Source of the DNA: an uncultured SAR116 cluster alpha proteobacterium
GTDB lineage: Bacteria; Pseudomonadota; Alphaproteobacteria; Puniceispirillales; Marisalimonadaceae
DNA: 64,000 nt
Reading direction: 5' to 3'
Assembly (NCBI GenBank): GCA_902528415.1
Contig: CABZSR010000008.1
Coordinates: forward strand, 8,832 to 72,831
Part shown: positions 8,767-18,974 of the stretch, one piece after another
How the letters are laid out: each line of letters starts with the position of its first letter
Numbering within the stretch: position 1 is the first letter of the stretch
Translations under genes and position numbers: made by a program
The notes under the pieces: model-generated
Databases searched by the model: none
Told to the model about the DNA's origin: nothing
The model's input: the letters and a program-made list of their open reading frames with translations, nothing else

Positions 8767-9448
8767 ATGAAAATTTTTAACTTTTACCTTAAATTTTTTT
8801 CAAAGATTTTTTTAACCAGGTCAGTTCTTGTTACATCATGGAGTGCTCCAAAACCAAATATATTTTTTCCTAAATTTGAAACTTTTTTTTTACTTTGTTT
8901 AGGTCCATTTTTCTTTGGCCGGGCGAAAGTATTATAATTGTTTCCTCAAATGGTGTTACTCCTTGGACTGTCCAGGCTGAAGGGGTGGCGAACAAAGTAA
9001 ACATAGGTGTTGGATTATCTACTTTTTTAATTAGCTGTTTTGTATTAATATTTGGCTACCATTAAAACTTAAGCCATGTATAGGCACTATAATGAATATT
9101 TTTGTTATGGCAGCAACAATGGGTTGCACGATACCATTCCTTTCCTTTTTGAATAATATTTTTAGCCCTATATTTCTATCTTTTTTTGGAACTTTACTAG
9201 TTGGATTTGGAAGTGGCATAAATTAGATAGCCAATCTCGGACCTGGGACAAGGGACGGACTTATGACAGGGATATCTAAAAACTATAATAAACCAATAAG
9301 TTTAGTTAGGTTTTGCATTGAGGTTTTTGTTATCCTTTTTGGGTGGTTGCTAGGTAGCACTTTAGGTATAGGTACCATAGTTTTTGCTGTTTTTATTGGT
9401 CCTTTTATATCTTTAAGTCTTAAAAGTGTAGCTCATTTGAAAAAGTAA
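8767..9448 (+). pseudogene. Degraded YczE/YyaS/YitT-family membrane protein
   Basis: Three-frame reconstruction gives WSAPKP..FLLCLG / GESIIIVS.NGVTPWTV / WLPLKLKPCIGTIMN..GFGSGIN*IANLGPGTRDGLMTG..GIGTIVFAVFIGP; frameshifts near 8920 and 9052, in-frame TAG at 9224-9226. Confidence 0.8.
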
Positions 9449-9451
9449 TTT

Positions 9452-10192
9452 TTAAATTGTCTTAATTAGTAGTGAAATACCAAGAATAATTAATGTAATT
9501 AGAATACATTTTCTAAATTGTTGTTGATTTATTCTTTCTCTTATTTTAGTACCTATCAACTGAGCTATAAATGCTGGTATTATCAAAAAAACACTCATAA
9601 TCAAATCCTCTTTAGTAGCGAAACCATAATAAATTAGTGAGCCATAAAGTGGAAATGATCCAATAAAATACATAGTTGCAACAGTTCTTACAAATTTCTC
9701 TTTTGGCAAATCAGTTGCCACTAAATAAGCCAACATTGGTGGGCCATAAAATGTAGATAATCCACCTAAGATACCAGAGCCAAATCCAATAATTATTGTG
9801 ACACTATTTTCCCATTTTTTCTTAATATTATTAATTTTAAAACCAAAGCAATTAACCAAAGCAGTACAAATTATTGATATTGCGATAATTCTTGTAATTG
9901 TTTCCATCTCAATTTCTAGTATTAATCTAGCGCCAACAAACAATCCAACAATTAAACTTAAAAACATTGGTAAAAATCTATAACTACTTACTCCTTCTTT
10001 AAATTTAATTTGAAAAAAATTTGTGAATAATATAGGAGCACATAAAAGTATCATTGCTGTTGTTGCTGGTATGAAAAAAGCAACTATTGGCACAGCAACT
10101 GTAGGCATCCCAAAACCAATAGTACCTTTAATAATTCCACCAGCTAATACAGCTAAAATAATTATACCAATAATAGTAGGGTCATTATACAT
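9452..10192 (-). CDS. TauE/SafE (DUF81) family permease
   Basis: GIIKGTIGFG and GILGGLSTFYGPP internal repeats; ~8 TM. Confidence 0.88.
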   Translation of the reverse strand: MYNDPTIIGIIILAVLAGGIIKGTIGFGMPTVAVPIVAFFIPATTAMILLCAPILFTNFFQIKFKEGVSSYRFLPMFLSLIVGLFVGARLILEIEMETITRIIAISIICTALVNCFGFKINNIKKKWENSVTIIIGFGSGILGGLSTFYGPPMLAYLVATDLPKEKFVRTVATMYFIGSFPLYGSLIYYGFATKEDLIMSVFLIIPAFIAQLIGTKIRERINQQQFRKCILITLIILGISLLIKTI

Positions 10193-10277
10193 TGTTTATT
10201 TGAAAAAAATATGTCATTAATTATAACAAATGTATTATAATAATTACCAAGTAAAGTTTTAATTTCTATATAATTTC

Positions 10278-10853
10278 ATGAATGAAATAATAAATTTTCT
10301 TAAAGCCAGAAGATCAGTGACCGCCAAAAATATGGTAAATGGTTTTGTTTCTGATAATGATCTCAATAATATATTGAGTTGTGGCATAAGAGTTCCGGAT
10401 CATGGTGCCTTAACACCTTGGCTTTTAACTGTGATTAGAGATGAAGCAAGATATAGAATTGGTAAAGAAATATTAGCTCCTGAATTTAAATCAATTAAAC
10501 CGAAAGCTTCAAAAGAAGAAATCGATTATGAAAGAAATAGGTTTAGTAGAGCTAGTGTAGTTATTGGCGTTTTGTCTAAACCCGTCTCACATCCTAAAAT
10601 ACCATTATGGGAGATGGAGTTATCCTCAGGAGCTGTTTGTGAAAACCTTTTAATTGCTGCACAATCACTCGGTTATGCAGCTCAATGGTTAACAGAATGG
10701 TATTCTTATAACGAAAGCATGATTAGAGAAATTGGTGGTGATCCTAAAACTGACAAAATAGCTGGATTTATTTATATAGGAGACAAAGAAAAATTCCCTA
10801 TTGAAAGAAGAAGGCCTGTGAGAGAAAAAGTAATAAAATTTTTAAATAAATAA
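10278..10853 (+). CDS. Nitroreductase family protein (YdjA-like)
   Basis: RRS, RVPDHGALTPW, GYAAQWLTEW, GFIYIG. Confidence 0.9.
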   Translation: MNEIINFLKARRSVTAKNMVNGFVSDNDLNNILSCGIRVPDHGALTPWLLTVIRDEARYRIGKEILAPEFKSIKPKASKEEIDYERNRFSRASVVIGVLSKPVSHPKIPLWEMELSSGAVCENLLIAAQSLGYAAQWLTEWYSYNESMIREIGGDPKTDKIAGFIYIGDKEKFPIERRRPVREKVIKFLNK

Positions 10854-10855
10854 TT

Positions 10856-11839
10856 TTAAATTGTTTCTGTATTTAAGCAATTTTCAAAAACATTTTTGTC
10901 TACATTACCTCCAGAAGCTATAACTAAAACATTTTTGTTCTTAATTTTCACTTTTTCTGAAATAGCAGCAGCCAAACCTACAGCACCACCTGGTTCTAGA
11001 ACAATTTTGAAATGTTTATATGCTGTATTCATTGCTATTAAGGCTTCATCGTCAGAAACTGACACTCCAGAAGTTAAGTTTATTTTATTTATGTTAAATG
11101 TAATATTACCAGGCTTTTCAGCTAATAATGCATCACAGATTGATTTGTATTTCATTGAATTAGAAACTATTTTGTTTCTTTCTAGAGATTTTTTAGTATC
11201 ATCAAAATATTCTGGTTCAACAGAGTAAATTTTAGCATTATCAAATTTAGTTTTTATCGCTGTACTTATTCCTGCGATTAATCCTCCACCACCACAACAA
11301 CATAATACAATATCAGGTATAACGTTTATTTCTCCTAATTGTTCTAGACATTCAATACCAGCTGTACCTTGTCCAATTATAACATTAATATCATCAAAAG
11401 GTGGAATAATGGTTGCATTATTTTTTTGCGCTATAGCTTTACCAATCTCTTCTCTGTTTTCGCTATTTCTATTATATTTAACTATAGTTGCTCCCCAAAA
11501 AGCAGTTCCATTTAATTTAGTCCGTGGAGAATCTTCAGGCATTACAATTGTTGCTTTACGACCTGTTATTTTTGCTGCAGCAGCAACTGCTTGTGCATGA
11601 TTACCACTTGACCATGCAACCACCTTATTAACACTAGTAGGAAGTTGTAAAATAGTATTCATAGCACCTCGAAATTTAAATGCTCCAATAGTTTGAAGAT
11701 TTTCAGCTTTTAAAAAAAGGTTGGTTTGTAATTTTTGGTCAATATAAGGAGATTTCAACAATGGTGTTTTTACTATATAATTTTTTAATCTTTTAGAAGC
11801 TTCAGAAATTAATTTATAAGATACTTTGTCTTCAATCAT
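10856..11839 (-). CDS. PLP-dependent threonine/serine dehydratase (no regulatory domain)
   Basis: KAENLQTIGAFKFRGA (PLP Lys), SSGNHAQ, GGGGL, SGGNVD. Confidence 0.9.
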   Translation of the reverse strand: MIEDKVSYKLISEASKRLKNYIVKTPLLKSPYIDQKLQTNLFLKAENLQTIGAFKFRGAMNTILQLPTSVNKVVAWSSGNHAQAVAAAAKITGRKATIVMPEDSPRTKLNGTAFWGATIVKYNRNSENREEIGKAIAQKNNATIIPPFDDINVIIGQGTAGIECLEQLGEINVIPDIVLCCCGGGGLIAGISTAIKTKFDNAKIYSVEPEYFDDTKKSLERNKIVSNSMKYKSICDALLAEKPGNITFNINKINLTSGVSVSDDEALIAMNTAYKHFKIVLEPGGAVGLAAAISEKVKIKNKNVLVIASGGNVDKNVFENCLNTETI

Positions 11840-11873
11840 TGATATTTTCCCTAATAAATTTTAATACAATAAC

Positions 11874-11902
11874 TTGTTAAATTTAAATGACATGAGTATG
11901 AT
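11874..11902 (+). promoter_or_regulatory. Putative sigma70 promoter of dapA operon
   Basis: TTGTTA-N17-TATGAT ending 35 nt upstream of the dapA ATG. Confidence 0.45.
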
Positions 11903-11937
11903 ATACAAATTAATTTTTTAATGGCGAGGTTATTTTA

Positions 11938-12813
11938 ATGTTATTTCATAGTTCTTACACGGCACTTTTAACGCCATTTAAAGATAATCAACTAGATATT
12001 AACGCTTATAGAAATCTTGTTGATTTCCAAATAGAAAATGGAACTCATGGACTAGTTCCTGTTGGAACAACTGGAGAGTCACCAACTTTATCTCATGATG
12101 AACACAAAAAGCTTGTGGAAGTATGTGTTGAACAAGCCAATGGAAGAGTTCCTGTTATTGCTGGCGCGGGTTCTAACTCTACATCAGAAGCAGTCGATTT
12201 TGTTAAGCATGCATGTACAGCAGGTGCAGATGGTCTTTTAGTTGTAACACCATATTATAACAAGCCAACTCAATCTGGTTTGTTAGCCCATTATAATGAA
12301 CTTATAAAAAATTCAAGTAAACCAATAATAATTTATGATATACCGGGTCGCTCAGTAATAAAAATGTCAGATAATACCATGGCAGAATTAGCTAAAAACG
12401 ATTTAATAGTTGGTGTAAAAGACGCTACTGCTGATTTGGCTAGGCCAACAAGGTTGCAAAATCTAATTGGAGATAATTTTATTCAACTTTCTGGGGAAGA
12501 CGGTACCGCCCTTGCTTATTTAGCTGCAGGTGGTCATGGCTGTATATCCGTCACTGCAAACATAGCTCCAAACTTATTATCAAGAATGCATAACGCTTGG
12601 AAGCAAGGTGATATTACCAATGCGCAAGATATAAATAAGAAATTAATGCCTTTACATGATTCATTATTTTGTGAAACCAGTCCTGGTCCATTAAAATATG
12701 CAGCTTCATTATTAGGTATTTGTTCTTCAGAAGCAAGACTTCCTATGGTAGAAATTGAAGAAATAAGTAAGAAAAATGTTGATAACGCTCTTAAAACAGC
12801 AGGGTTACTCTAA
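11938..12813 (+). CDS. dapA: 4-hydroxy-tetrahydrodipicolinate synthase
   Basis: GTTGESPTL, PYYNKP, IYDIPGRS, GVKDAT. Confidence 0.97.
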   Translation: MLFHSSYTALLTPFKDNQLDINAYRNLVDFQIENGTHGLVPVGTTGESPTLSHDEHKKLVEVCVEQANGRVPVIAGAGSNSTSEAVDFVKHACTAGADGLLVVTPYYNKPTQSGLLAHYNELIKNSSKPIIIYDIPGRSVIKMSDNTMAELAKNDLIVGVKDATADLARPTRLQNLIGDNFIQLSGEDGTALAYLAAGGHGCISVTANIAPNLLSRMHNAWKQGDITNAQDINKKLMPLHDSLFCETSPGPLKYAASLLGICSSEARLPMVEIEEISKKNVDNALKTAGLL

Positions 12814-12829
12814 TTTGTTGAAATAAAAA

Positions 12830-13312
12830 ATGAAAAAAAATGTCACAAAAGGCATATCACACGGAAGAGTTGCTGAAAACAGACGAGCTAAATTTGATTA
12901 TTCTATTATAGATACAATAGAAGCTGGCATCATATTATTAGGTAGTGAAGTTAAAAGTCTTCGACTTGGTAGAGCAAGTATTGCAGAATCTTACGCAACT
13001 GACGAATATGGTCACATTGTCCTAATAAATTCTAATATTCCAGAATATAATTCTGCGGCATCTGGTCAGAACCATGAACCTAAAAGGGTTAGACGATTAT
13101 TAATACACAAAAAAGAAAGAAATAAAATTTTAGGACAGATAAAAAAAAATGGATGTACGATTGTACCGTTAAGCTTATATTTTAATAAAAGAGGTTTAGC
13201 GAAAATATCTCTAGGAATTGCAGAAGGAAAAAAGAAAGCTGATAAAAGAGAAGTAATAAAAAAACGTGACTGGGAAAGAGAAAAGCATCGATTATTAAAA
13301 AATAATAATTAA
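12830..13312 (+). CDS. smpB: SsrA-binding protein
   Basis: NRRAKFDY, EAGIILLGSEVKSLR, GKKKADKRE. Confidence 0.97.
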   Translation: MKKNVTKGISHGRVAENRRAKFDYSIIDTIEAGIILLGSEVKSLRLGRASIAESYATDEYGHIVLINSNIPEYNSAASGQNHEPKRVRRLLIHKKERNKILGQIKKNGCTIVPLSLYFNKRGLAKISLGIAEGKKKADKREVIKKRDWEREKHRLLKNNN

Positions 13313-13356
13313 ATTACTTGTAAATTATCAATTTATATCTTTTAAAACTATTTATT

Positions 13357-13857
13357 ATGTCTAATGAAATAATTATAGGTATTGGTGGAAATATAAATTC
13401 AGAGGATGGAACTCATCCTATCAAAATATGTAACAAGGCTATTTTTTCATTACAAGAGTATTCAATAAAGGTTAAAAAACAGTCAAAATGGTACAGTTCA
13501 GAAGCAATACCTAAGAGTAATCAACCAAATTTTTTTAATTGTGTAGTTATTGCGAATACTAAATTAAATGAATATGATGTTTTAAAATTTTTACATAAAA
13601 TTGAAGCAGAATTTGGTAGAAGAAGAAATAAAATTAATGCACCAAGATCTATCGATTTGGATTTAATAGATTATTCTAATAAAGTTTGTAAAAATAATAA
13701 ACTTATAATACCCCATCCGAGAGCACATTTAAGAAAATTTGTTATGGGTCCATTAGCAGAAATAAATCCTGATTGGATACATCCAATTCTAAAAGTTAAT
13801 GTTTTAGATATTTTGAAGAAATTAGATAAACAAAAACTAGAAGAAGCCTCTATCTAA
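13357..13857 (+). CDS. folK: 2-amino-4-hydroxy-6-hydroxymethyldihydropteridine diphosphokinase
   Basis: IGIGGN, PRSIDLDLI, PHPRAHLRKFV. Confidence 0.95.
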   Translation: MSNEIIIGIGGNINSEDGTHPIKICNKAIFSLQEYSIKVKKQSKWYSSEAIPKSNQPNFFNCVVIANTKLNEYDVLKFLHKIEAEFGRRRNKINAPRSIDLDLIDYSNKVCKNNKLIIPHPRAHLRKFVMGPLAEINPDWIHPILKVNVLDILKKLDKQKLEEASI

Positions 13858-13918
13858 AAATTTAAGATTGATTTTTATAAAATTTTATGCATTATTAAAA
13901 AAAATTTGGAGATAGCTT

Positions 13919-14323
13919 ATGGCTCGTGTAACCGTTGAAGACTGTATAAAAAAAATACCTAATAGGTTCGATCTTGTTGTAGCAGCTGCCCAACGTTCTA
14001 GAGAAATATCCAATGGCGTAGCAATTGAAATTGAAAGAGACAATGACAAAAATCCAGTAGTATCTCTTCGTGAAATAGCTTCTGAAGCTGTTGATGCAGA
14101 GAGTTTACAAGAGAGATTTATTAGATCAATGCAAAAAAATTTGATAAAAGAGGATGTTAGTTCAGAAAATGACGCTTCTTTAGAAGAAGAATTTGCTGCT
14201 TATCTAAATGAATCTGATAATAAAAATCAGAATAATGATGATTTAATGTTCAATAAAACTAATTCTAACGAAGAAGGTTCATTTATCGATGTCTCAGATG
14301 AATTTCTAAAAAATGAAGATTAG
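13919..14323 (+). CDS. rpoZ: RNA polymerase omega subunit (acidic alphaproteobacterial tail)
   Basis: [26 protein letters not shown]. Confidence 0.97.
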   Translation: MARVTVEDCIKKIPNRFDLVVAAAQRSREISNGVAIEIERDNDKNPVVSLREIASEAVDAESLQERFIRSMQKNLIKEDVSSENDASLEEEFAAYLNESDNKNQNNDDLMFNKTNSNEEGSFIDVSDEFLKNED

Positions 14324-14399
14324 GATTTATTAGTTTATTTTTCCACAAATTATAATTTTAGTTGTGGATATAATTATTTAATAAAGTAACATATCCTAA

Positions 14400-16517
14400 A
14401 TGAAAATAACAGCTTCTCAACTTTATAAAAAAATTTCAAAATATGATAATATTGTTTCTCAAGAAACAATTTCAAAAGCTTATCTTTTGTCAAAGAAAGC
14501 ACATTCCAATCAATACAGAGGTAGTGGTGAAGAATATTTTACACATCCTTTAGCTGTCGCAAATTACTTGGCTGAAATGAAGTTAGACTCTTCAACAATA
14601 ATAACAGCTCTTTTACACGATGTTGTTGAGGATACTAAAGTTACAATTCAAAACATAAATGATGAATTTGGAAATGAAATTTCAAGATTAGTTGACGGAG
14701 TCACTAAATTATCGAAATTAGATTTAAAATTTGGTTTTGCTCAAGCAGAAAATTTTAGAAAGCTTTTATTAGCATCATCAGATGATATTAGGGTTCTTCT
14801 GGTAAAGCTTGCAGATAGATTACACAATATTAGAACTATTGATGGAATTAAAAATAATGAAAAAAAATCGAAAATTTGTTTCGAAACTTTAGAAATTTTT
14901 GCTCCTTTAGCGGAACGTCTTGGAATAAATGCAATTCAAAGAGAGTTGGAAGATAGATGCTTTGCTGTTTTAAAGCCAGAGACAAGAGAATCAATATTAA
15001 AACGTCTTAAGTTAATTTATTCTAAAGATGAATTAAATATTCCTTTCATTACTAGAGAAATCGAGGAGTTGTTAAAAAAAAATAACATTAATTCTAGAGT
15101 AACTGGAAGAGTTAAAAGTAGTTATTCAATTTGGAAAAAGATGCAATATAAGAACTTAAGTATGGATCAGTTGTCTGATATTATGGCCTTTAGAGTTATT
15201 GTTGATGATGTAGAATCTTGTTATAAAGGTCTTGGAATACTTCATCAAGAATACACAGCCATTATGGGTCGTTTTAAAGATTATATATCGGCACCAAAAC
15301 GTAATGGATATCGGTCACTTCATTCAAGTTTGATTGGACCCAAAAAAACAAAAATTGAAGTTCAAATCCGAACATCTATTATGGATCAATTTGCTCTAAA
15401 TGGAGTGGCTGCTCATTGGATATATAAAGAAGGAAAAAAATGGTCTGAAGGAATAAGATATAAGTGGGTAAGGGAATTAATTCAAATTCTGGAAGAGAGT
15501 AATGAACCAGAAGAATTTTTAGAAAATACAAAATTAGAGATGTTTAATGATCAGATTTTTTGCTTTACTCCAAAAGGTAATTTAATAATTTTACCTAAGG
15601 GAGCAAATGCAGTAGATTTTTCTTACGCCGTTCATTCTGAAGTTGGTAATGCAGCAGTTGGCGTTAAAATTAACAACAAAAATAGATTAATAACCACAGA
15701 GATTAAAAATGGTGATCAAGTTGAAATATTAACCTCAAAAAATGGTTTTCCTGATCCAAAATGGATTGAAAGTTGTATTACTGGTAAGGCTAAATCAGCA
15801 ATTAGAAGATTCATAAGAAATAGAGAAATTAAAGAATTTTTACATTTAGGTACTGCTTTACTTCAAAAGGAATTTAGGCAGCAGAAAAAAAGGATGCATG
15901 AAAAAAGTTTAATAAAAGTTATTGATGAATTTGATTTGTCAGATGTACAAGAATTATTAATTGAAATTGGTAAGGGAAATATTAATTCAAGAGAAGTTTT
16001 AAATTTTTTGTATCCCAATAAAGAAAACTTAAAAACAACATTACCATCGCTAAAAAAGCCCTTTTCAAAAGAAAGCATGAAGATTAAGGGGGTAGTTTCT
16101 GGGATGGCTATTCATTATGCACATTGTTGTCACCCATTGCCAGGTGAAAGAATTGTAGGTATAGTTACTACAGGAAAAGGCATTACTGTTCATGCCCTAG
16201 ATTGTTTTGCATTAGAAAAATTTAATGATATGCCTGAAATATGGCTTGAATTATCATGGGATAGAGAAGGTCAATCTTTTCACAAAGGAAGTTTAGTAGC
16301 TGTTTTAGCAAATGAACCAGGAAGTTTAGCAGATGTTACAAAGATAATAAGTTTAAATGATGGAAATATTTCTAATATTCAAGTTTTTTCAAGGGATTTA
16401 GATTATTATAAGTTTAATATTGACCTAGAAGTTAAAAATATTACCCATTTAAATCAAATAATTGCTGCAATGAGATTATCTGAGTTTGTAGAAAGTGTTG
16501 AAAGAGGTAAAGATTAA
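14400..16517 (+). CDS. spoT: Bifunctional (p)ppGpp synthetase/hydrolase (long RSH, Rel)
   Basis: HDVVED hydrolase motif, RFKD synthetase motif, TGS, CC zinc finger, C-terminal ACT. Confidence 0.95.
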   Translation: MKITASQLYKKISKYDNIVSQETISKAYLLSKKAHSNQYRGSGEEYFTHPLAVANYLAEMKLDSSTIITALLHDVVEDTKVTIQNINDEFGNEISRLVDGVTKLSKLDLKFGFAQAENFRKLLLASSDDIRVLLVKLADRLHNIRTIDGIKNNEKKSKICFETLEIFAPLAERLGINAIQRELEDRCFAVLKPETRESILKRLKLIYSKDELNIPFITREIEELLKKNNINSRVTGRVKSSYSIWKKMQYKNLSMDQLSDIMAFRVIVDDVESCYKGLGILHQEYTAIMGRFKDYISAPKRNGYRSLHSSLIGPKKTKIEVQIRTSIMDQFALNGVAAHWIYKEGKKWSEGIRYKWVRELIQILEESNEPEEFLENTKLEMFNDQIFCFTPKGNLIILPKGANAVDFSYAVHSEVGNAAVGVKINNKNRLITTEIKNGDQVEILTSKNGFPDPKWIESCITGKAKSAIRRFIRNREIKEFLHLGTALLQKEFRQQKKRMHEKSLIKVIDEFDLSDVQELLIEIGKGNINSREVLNFLYPNKENLKTTLPSLKKPFSKESMKIKGVVSGMAIHYAHCCHPLPGERIVGIVTTGKGITVHALDCFALEKFNDMPEIWLELSWDREGQSFHKGSLVAVLANEPGSLADVTKIISLNDGNISNIQVFSRDLDYYKFNIDLEVKNITHLNQIIAAMRLSEFVESVERGKD

Positions 16518-16542
16518 ATGGAGCTATTAAATAATTAAATCT

Positions 16543-17034
16543 ATGAAATTTTATAAAATTTTTGTCATTAAAGTAACAAGGTTTATCTCTTATTATAAAT
16601 TGAAATTAGCACGTTTGCCTGCTTCGCCACATGCTATAGCCTCTGGTTTTGCTTGTGGTTCAATGGTTTCATTTACACCTCTTTTAGGACTTCACTTTTT
16701 ACTTGCTATAGTTTTTGCTTATATAATTAGAGGTAACTATGTTGCAGCCTTATTAGGTACGATAGTAGGTAATCCAATTACTTTTCCATTTATTTGGGGA
16801 TTGATTTACAAAGTAGGAGCATTTGTTACCTCAACTAAACAAAAACAATTAAATCATGAGATTAATTTTGATATGATAGTAACCCAAACTTATGAAATTT
16901 TTTTACCAATGTTACTAGGTGGTGCAATATTAGCAATACCAGTTTGGTTAACAACATATTTGCTAACATATAGTTTTGTTTCTTCGTACAAAAAATCCAA
17001 ATTGAAGAAAAATAACAATTTAAAAGGTAATTAA
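16543..17034 (+). CDS. DUF2062-family membrane protein
   Basis: SPHAIASGFACG, GNPITFP; typical position between rel and pdxJ. Confidence 0.85.
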   Translation: MKFYKIFVIKVTRFISYYKLKLARLPASPHAIASGFACGSMVSFTPLLGLHFLLAIVFAYIIRGNYVAALLGTIVGNPITFPFIWGLIYKVGAFVTSTKQKQLNHEINFDMIVTQTYEIFLPMLLGGAILAIPVWLTTYLLTYSFVSSYKKSKLKKNNNLKGN

Positions 17035-17035
17035 A

Positions 17036-17773
17036 GTGAACAGACATATTCGGCTAGGTATTAATATTGATCACGTAGCTACACTTAGAAATGCCAGAGG
17101 TGGTGATACTCCTAATGTAACAGAAGCAGCCAAAGTTGTCGAAGAATCTGGTGCAGATTTGATAACAGTTCATGTAAGAGAAGATAGAAGACATATAAAT
17201 GAAAAAGATTTAGGAAATATTTTAGATACTGTAAATATACCTGTAAATTTAGAAATTGCTGCTAACTCAGAAATGGTAGATATTGCAATTAACTATAATC
17301 CAAAATTTGTATGTATTGTTCCAGAAAACAGAAAAGAAATAACTACTGAAGGTGGTTTAGATGTGATTAACAATTTTAAGGAATTAAAAAAAGTTTTAAA
17401 ATCTATTACTGATACTGAAATTAATGTTTCAATTTTTATTGATCCAGATAAAGAGCAGATTAAAGCTGTCAATGATTTGGGTATTAGTACTGTTGAGTTT
17501 CATACAGGCTCTTATGCTAATGCATTTATAAAAAACAGAAATATTGATAAAGAATTTAAAAAAATAGAGGAGAATGTGTTTTTTGCAAAAGAAAAAGGCA
17601 TAAATTGCCATGCAGGACATGGTTTAACCTTTGAAAATGTTGCTAAAATTGCAGGATTACCTCACATAATAGAACTTAATATAGGGCATTTCATTATAGC
17701 AGATTCTATTTTTAATGGGCTACAAAACTCGATTTTAAAAATGCGTAATATTATAACTAAAGCATCAATATGA
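17036..17773 (+). CDS. pdxJ: Pyridoxine 5'-phosphate synthase
   Basis: LGINIDHVATLRNAR, HVREDRRHI, AGHGL, ELNIGH. Confidence 0.97.
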   Translation: MNRHIRLGINIDHVATLRNARGGDTPNVTEAAKVVEESGADLITVHVREDRRHINEKDLGNILDTVNIPVNLEIAANSEMVDIAINYNPKFVCIVPENRKEITTEGGLDVINNFKELKKVLKSITDTEINVSIFIDPDKEQIKAVNDLGISTVEFHTGSYANAFIKNRNIDKEFKKIEENVFFAKEKGINCHAGHGLTFENVAKIAGLPHIIELNIGHFIIADSIFNGLQNSILKMRNIITKASI

Positions 17774-18177
17774 TAATTGGTATTGGAACGGATATCCTTT
17801 ATATTAAAAGGATAAGTAAAATTTTAAATAAGCATGATAAAAAATTTATTAAAAGAATTTATGGCTCTAACGAAATTAGTGTTATTGAAAATAAAAAAAA
17901 TAATTTAGATCATTATTTAAGTAAAAGATTTGCAGCTAAAGAAGCAACTTGGAAAGCCTTTAATCCTAAACGTGGTAACGGCTTAATTTTTAGAGAAATT
18001 GAAACACTTAATGATAAAAATGGTAAACCTTATTTATTTTTTTCAGGTAAAACTTATAGTTGTATAAAAGAAAGAGAAAAAGTGCTTGGTGGAACACTTA
18101 AATTTGATGTTTCTTTATCTGACGAACAACAATACGTCATTGCATTTGTTGTAATTTCACTTGCTCCATTTGTTTAG
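17770..18177 (+). CDS. acpS: Holo-ACP synthase
   Basis: IGIGTDI, RFAAKEA, GKP, SLSD. Confidence 0.95.
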   Translation: MIIGIGTDILYIKRISKILNKHDKKFIKRIYGSNEISVIENKKNNLDHYLSKRFAAKEATWKAFNPKRGNGLIFREIETLNDKNGKPYLFFSGKTYSCIKEREKVLGGTLKFDVSLSDEQQYVIAFVVISLAPFV

Positions 18178-18227
18178 GTATTGCATAAAGTGATTATTTA
18201 TAGTTCTGTTTGCTCGGAGAAAAATTA

Positions 18228-18974
18228 ATGAGTATTGAAATAAAGAAAGAAAGTAATTCTTTTAAAGAACTTTTGAAAACTTTGTTAATTGCAGGATCGA
18301 TTGCGATTTTTTTTAGGTCTATTTTTTTTGAACCTTTTAATATTCCTTCTGGTTCAATGATACCTACCTTACTTGTAGGTGATTATCTTTTTGTATCTAA
18401 ATATTCTTATGGATATTCAAAATATAGTTTCCCATTTGGAGTGGTTCCAATTTCGGATAGAATTTTAGATAAAACACCTAAAAGAGGTGATGTAATTGTC
18501 TTTAGAAAACCAGGTGATGAGAGTGTTGATTATATTAAGAGATTAGTAGGGCTTCCAAACGATACAATTCAAGTTAAAAAAGGTGTTTTATTTATTAATT
18601 CAAAAAAAGCAAAAAGAATTAAAACTAATATTGGAATGATGAAAAATATTTTTGGGGGTGAGAAAGTTTTTACACAATATAAAGAAAGTTTTGGGGATAA
18701 AATTTTCCATCAAATAATTGAATCTAGTGATAATGATCCATTTGACGATACTATTGAATTTAAAGTTCCCGCTAATCATTTCTTTTTTATGGGAGACAAT
18801 AGAGATAATAGTAGAGATAGCAGAACCCCAGAAGTTGGCTTTGTTCCTAAAAAAAATTTGATAGGCAAAGCTAAAATTATTTTTTTCTCACACAATGGTT
18901 CTGCTTCTATTTTTGAGTTTTGGAAATGGCATAATTCTATTAGGTTTTCACGAATAGGTAAGGCTATTGAATAG
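18228..18974 (+). CDS. lepB: Signal peptidase I
   Basis: IPSGSMIPTL, YIKR, GDNRDNSRDSR; ATG 18228 has SD GGAG, so preferred over TTG 18210. Confidence 0.95.
   Translation: MSIEIKKESNSFKELLKTLLIAGSIAIFFRSIFFEPFNIPSGSMIPTLLVGDYLFVSKYSYGYSKYSFPFGVVPISDRILDKTPKRGDVIVFRKPGDESVDYIKRLVGLPNDTIQVKKGVLFINSKKAKRIKTNIGMMKNIFGGEKVFTQYKESFGDKIFHQIIESSDNDPFDDTIEFKVPANHFFFMGDNRDNSRDSRTPEVGFVPKKNLIGKAKIIFFSHNGSASIFEFWKWHNSIRFSRIGKAIE

Noticed and set aside
9263-9448. 61-aa ORF as an independent small gene
   Set aside because: It is the C-terminal fragment of the yczE-like pseudogene
1-11900. Accessory region as a genomic island or prophage
   Set aside because: No integrase, transposase, phage gene, tRNA att site or evident composition shift
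12830-13356. tmRNA gene next to smpB
   Set aside because: Flanking spacers are only 16 and 44 bp
14339-14371. oriC at the DnaA-like boxes
   Set aside because: Spacer is only 76 bp with two boxes and no typical origin-flanking genes
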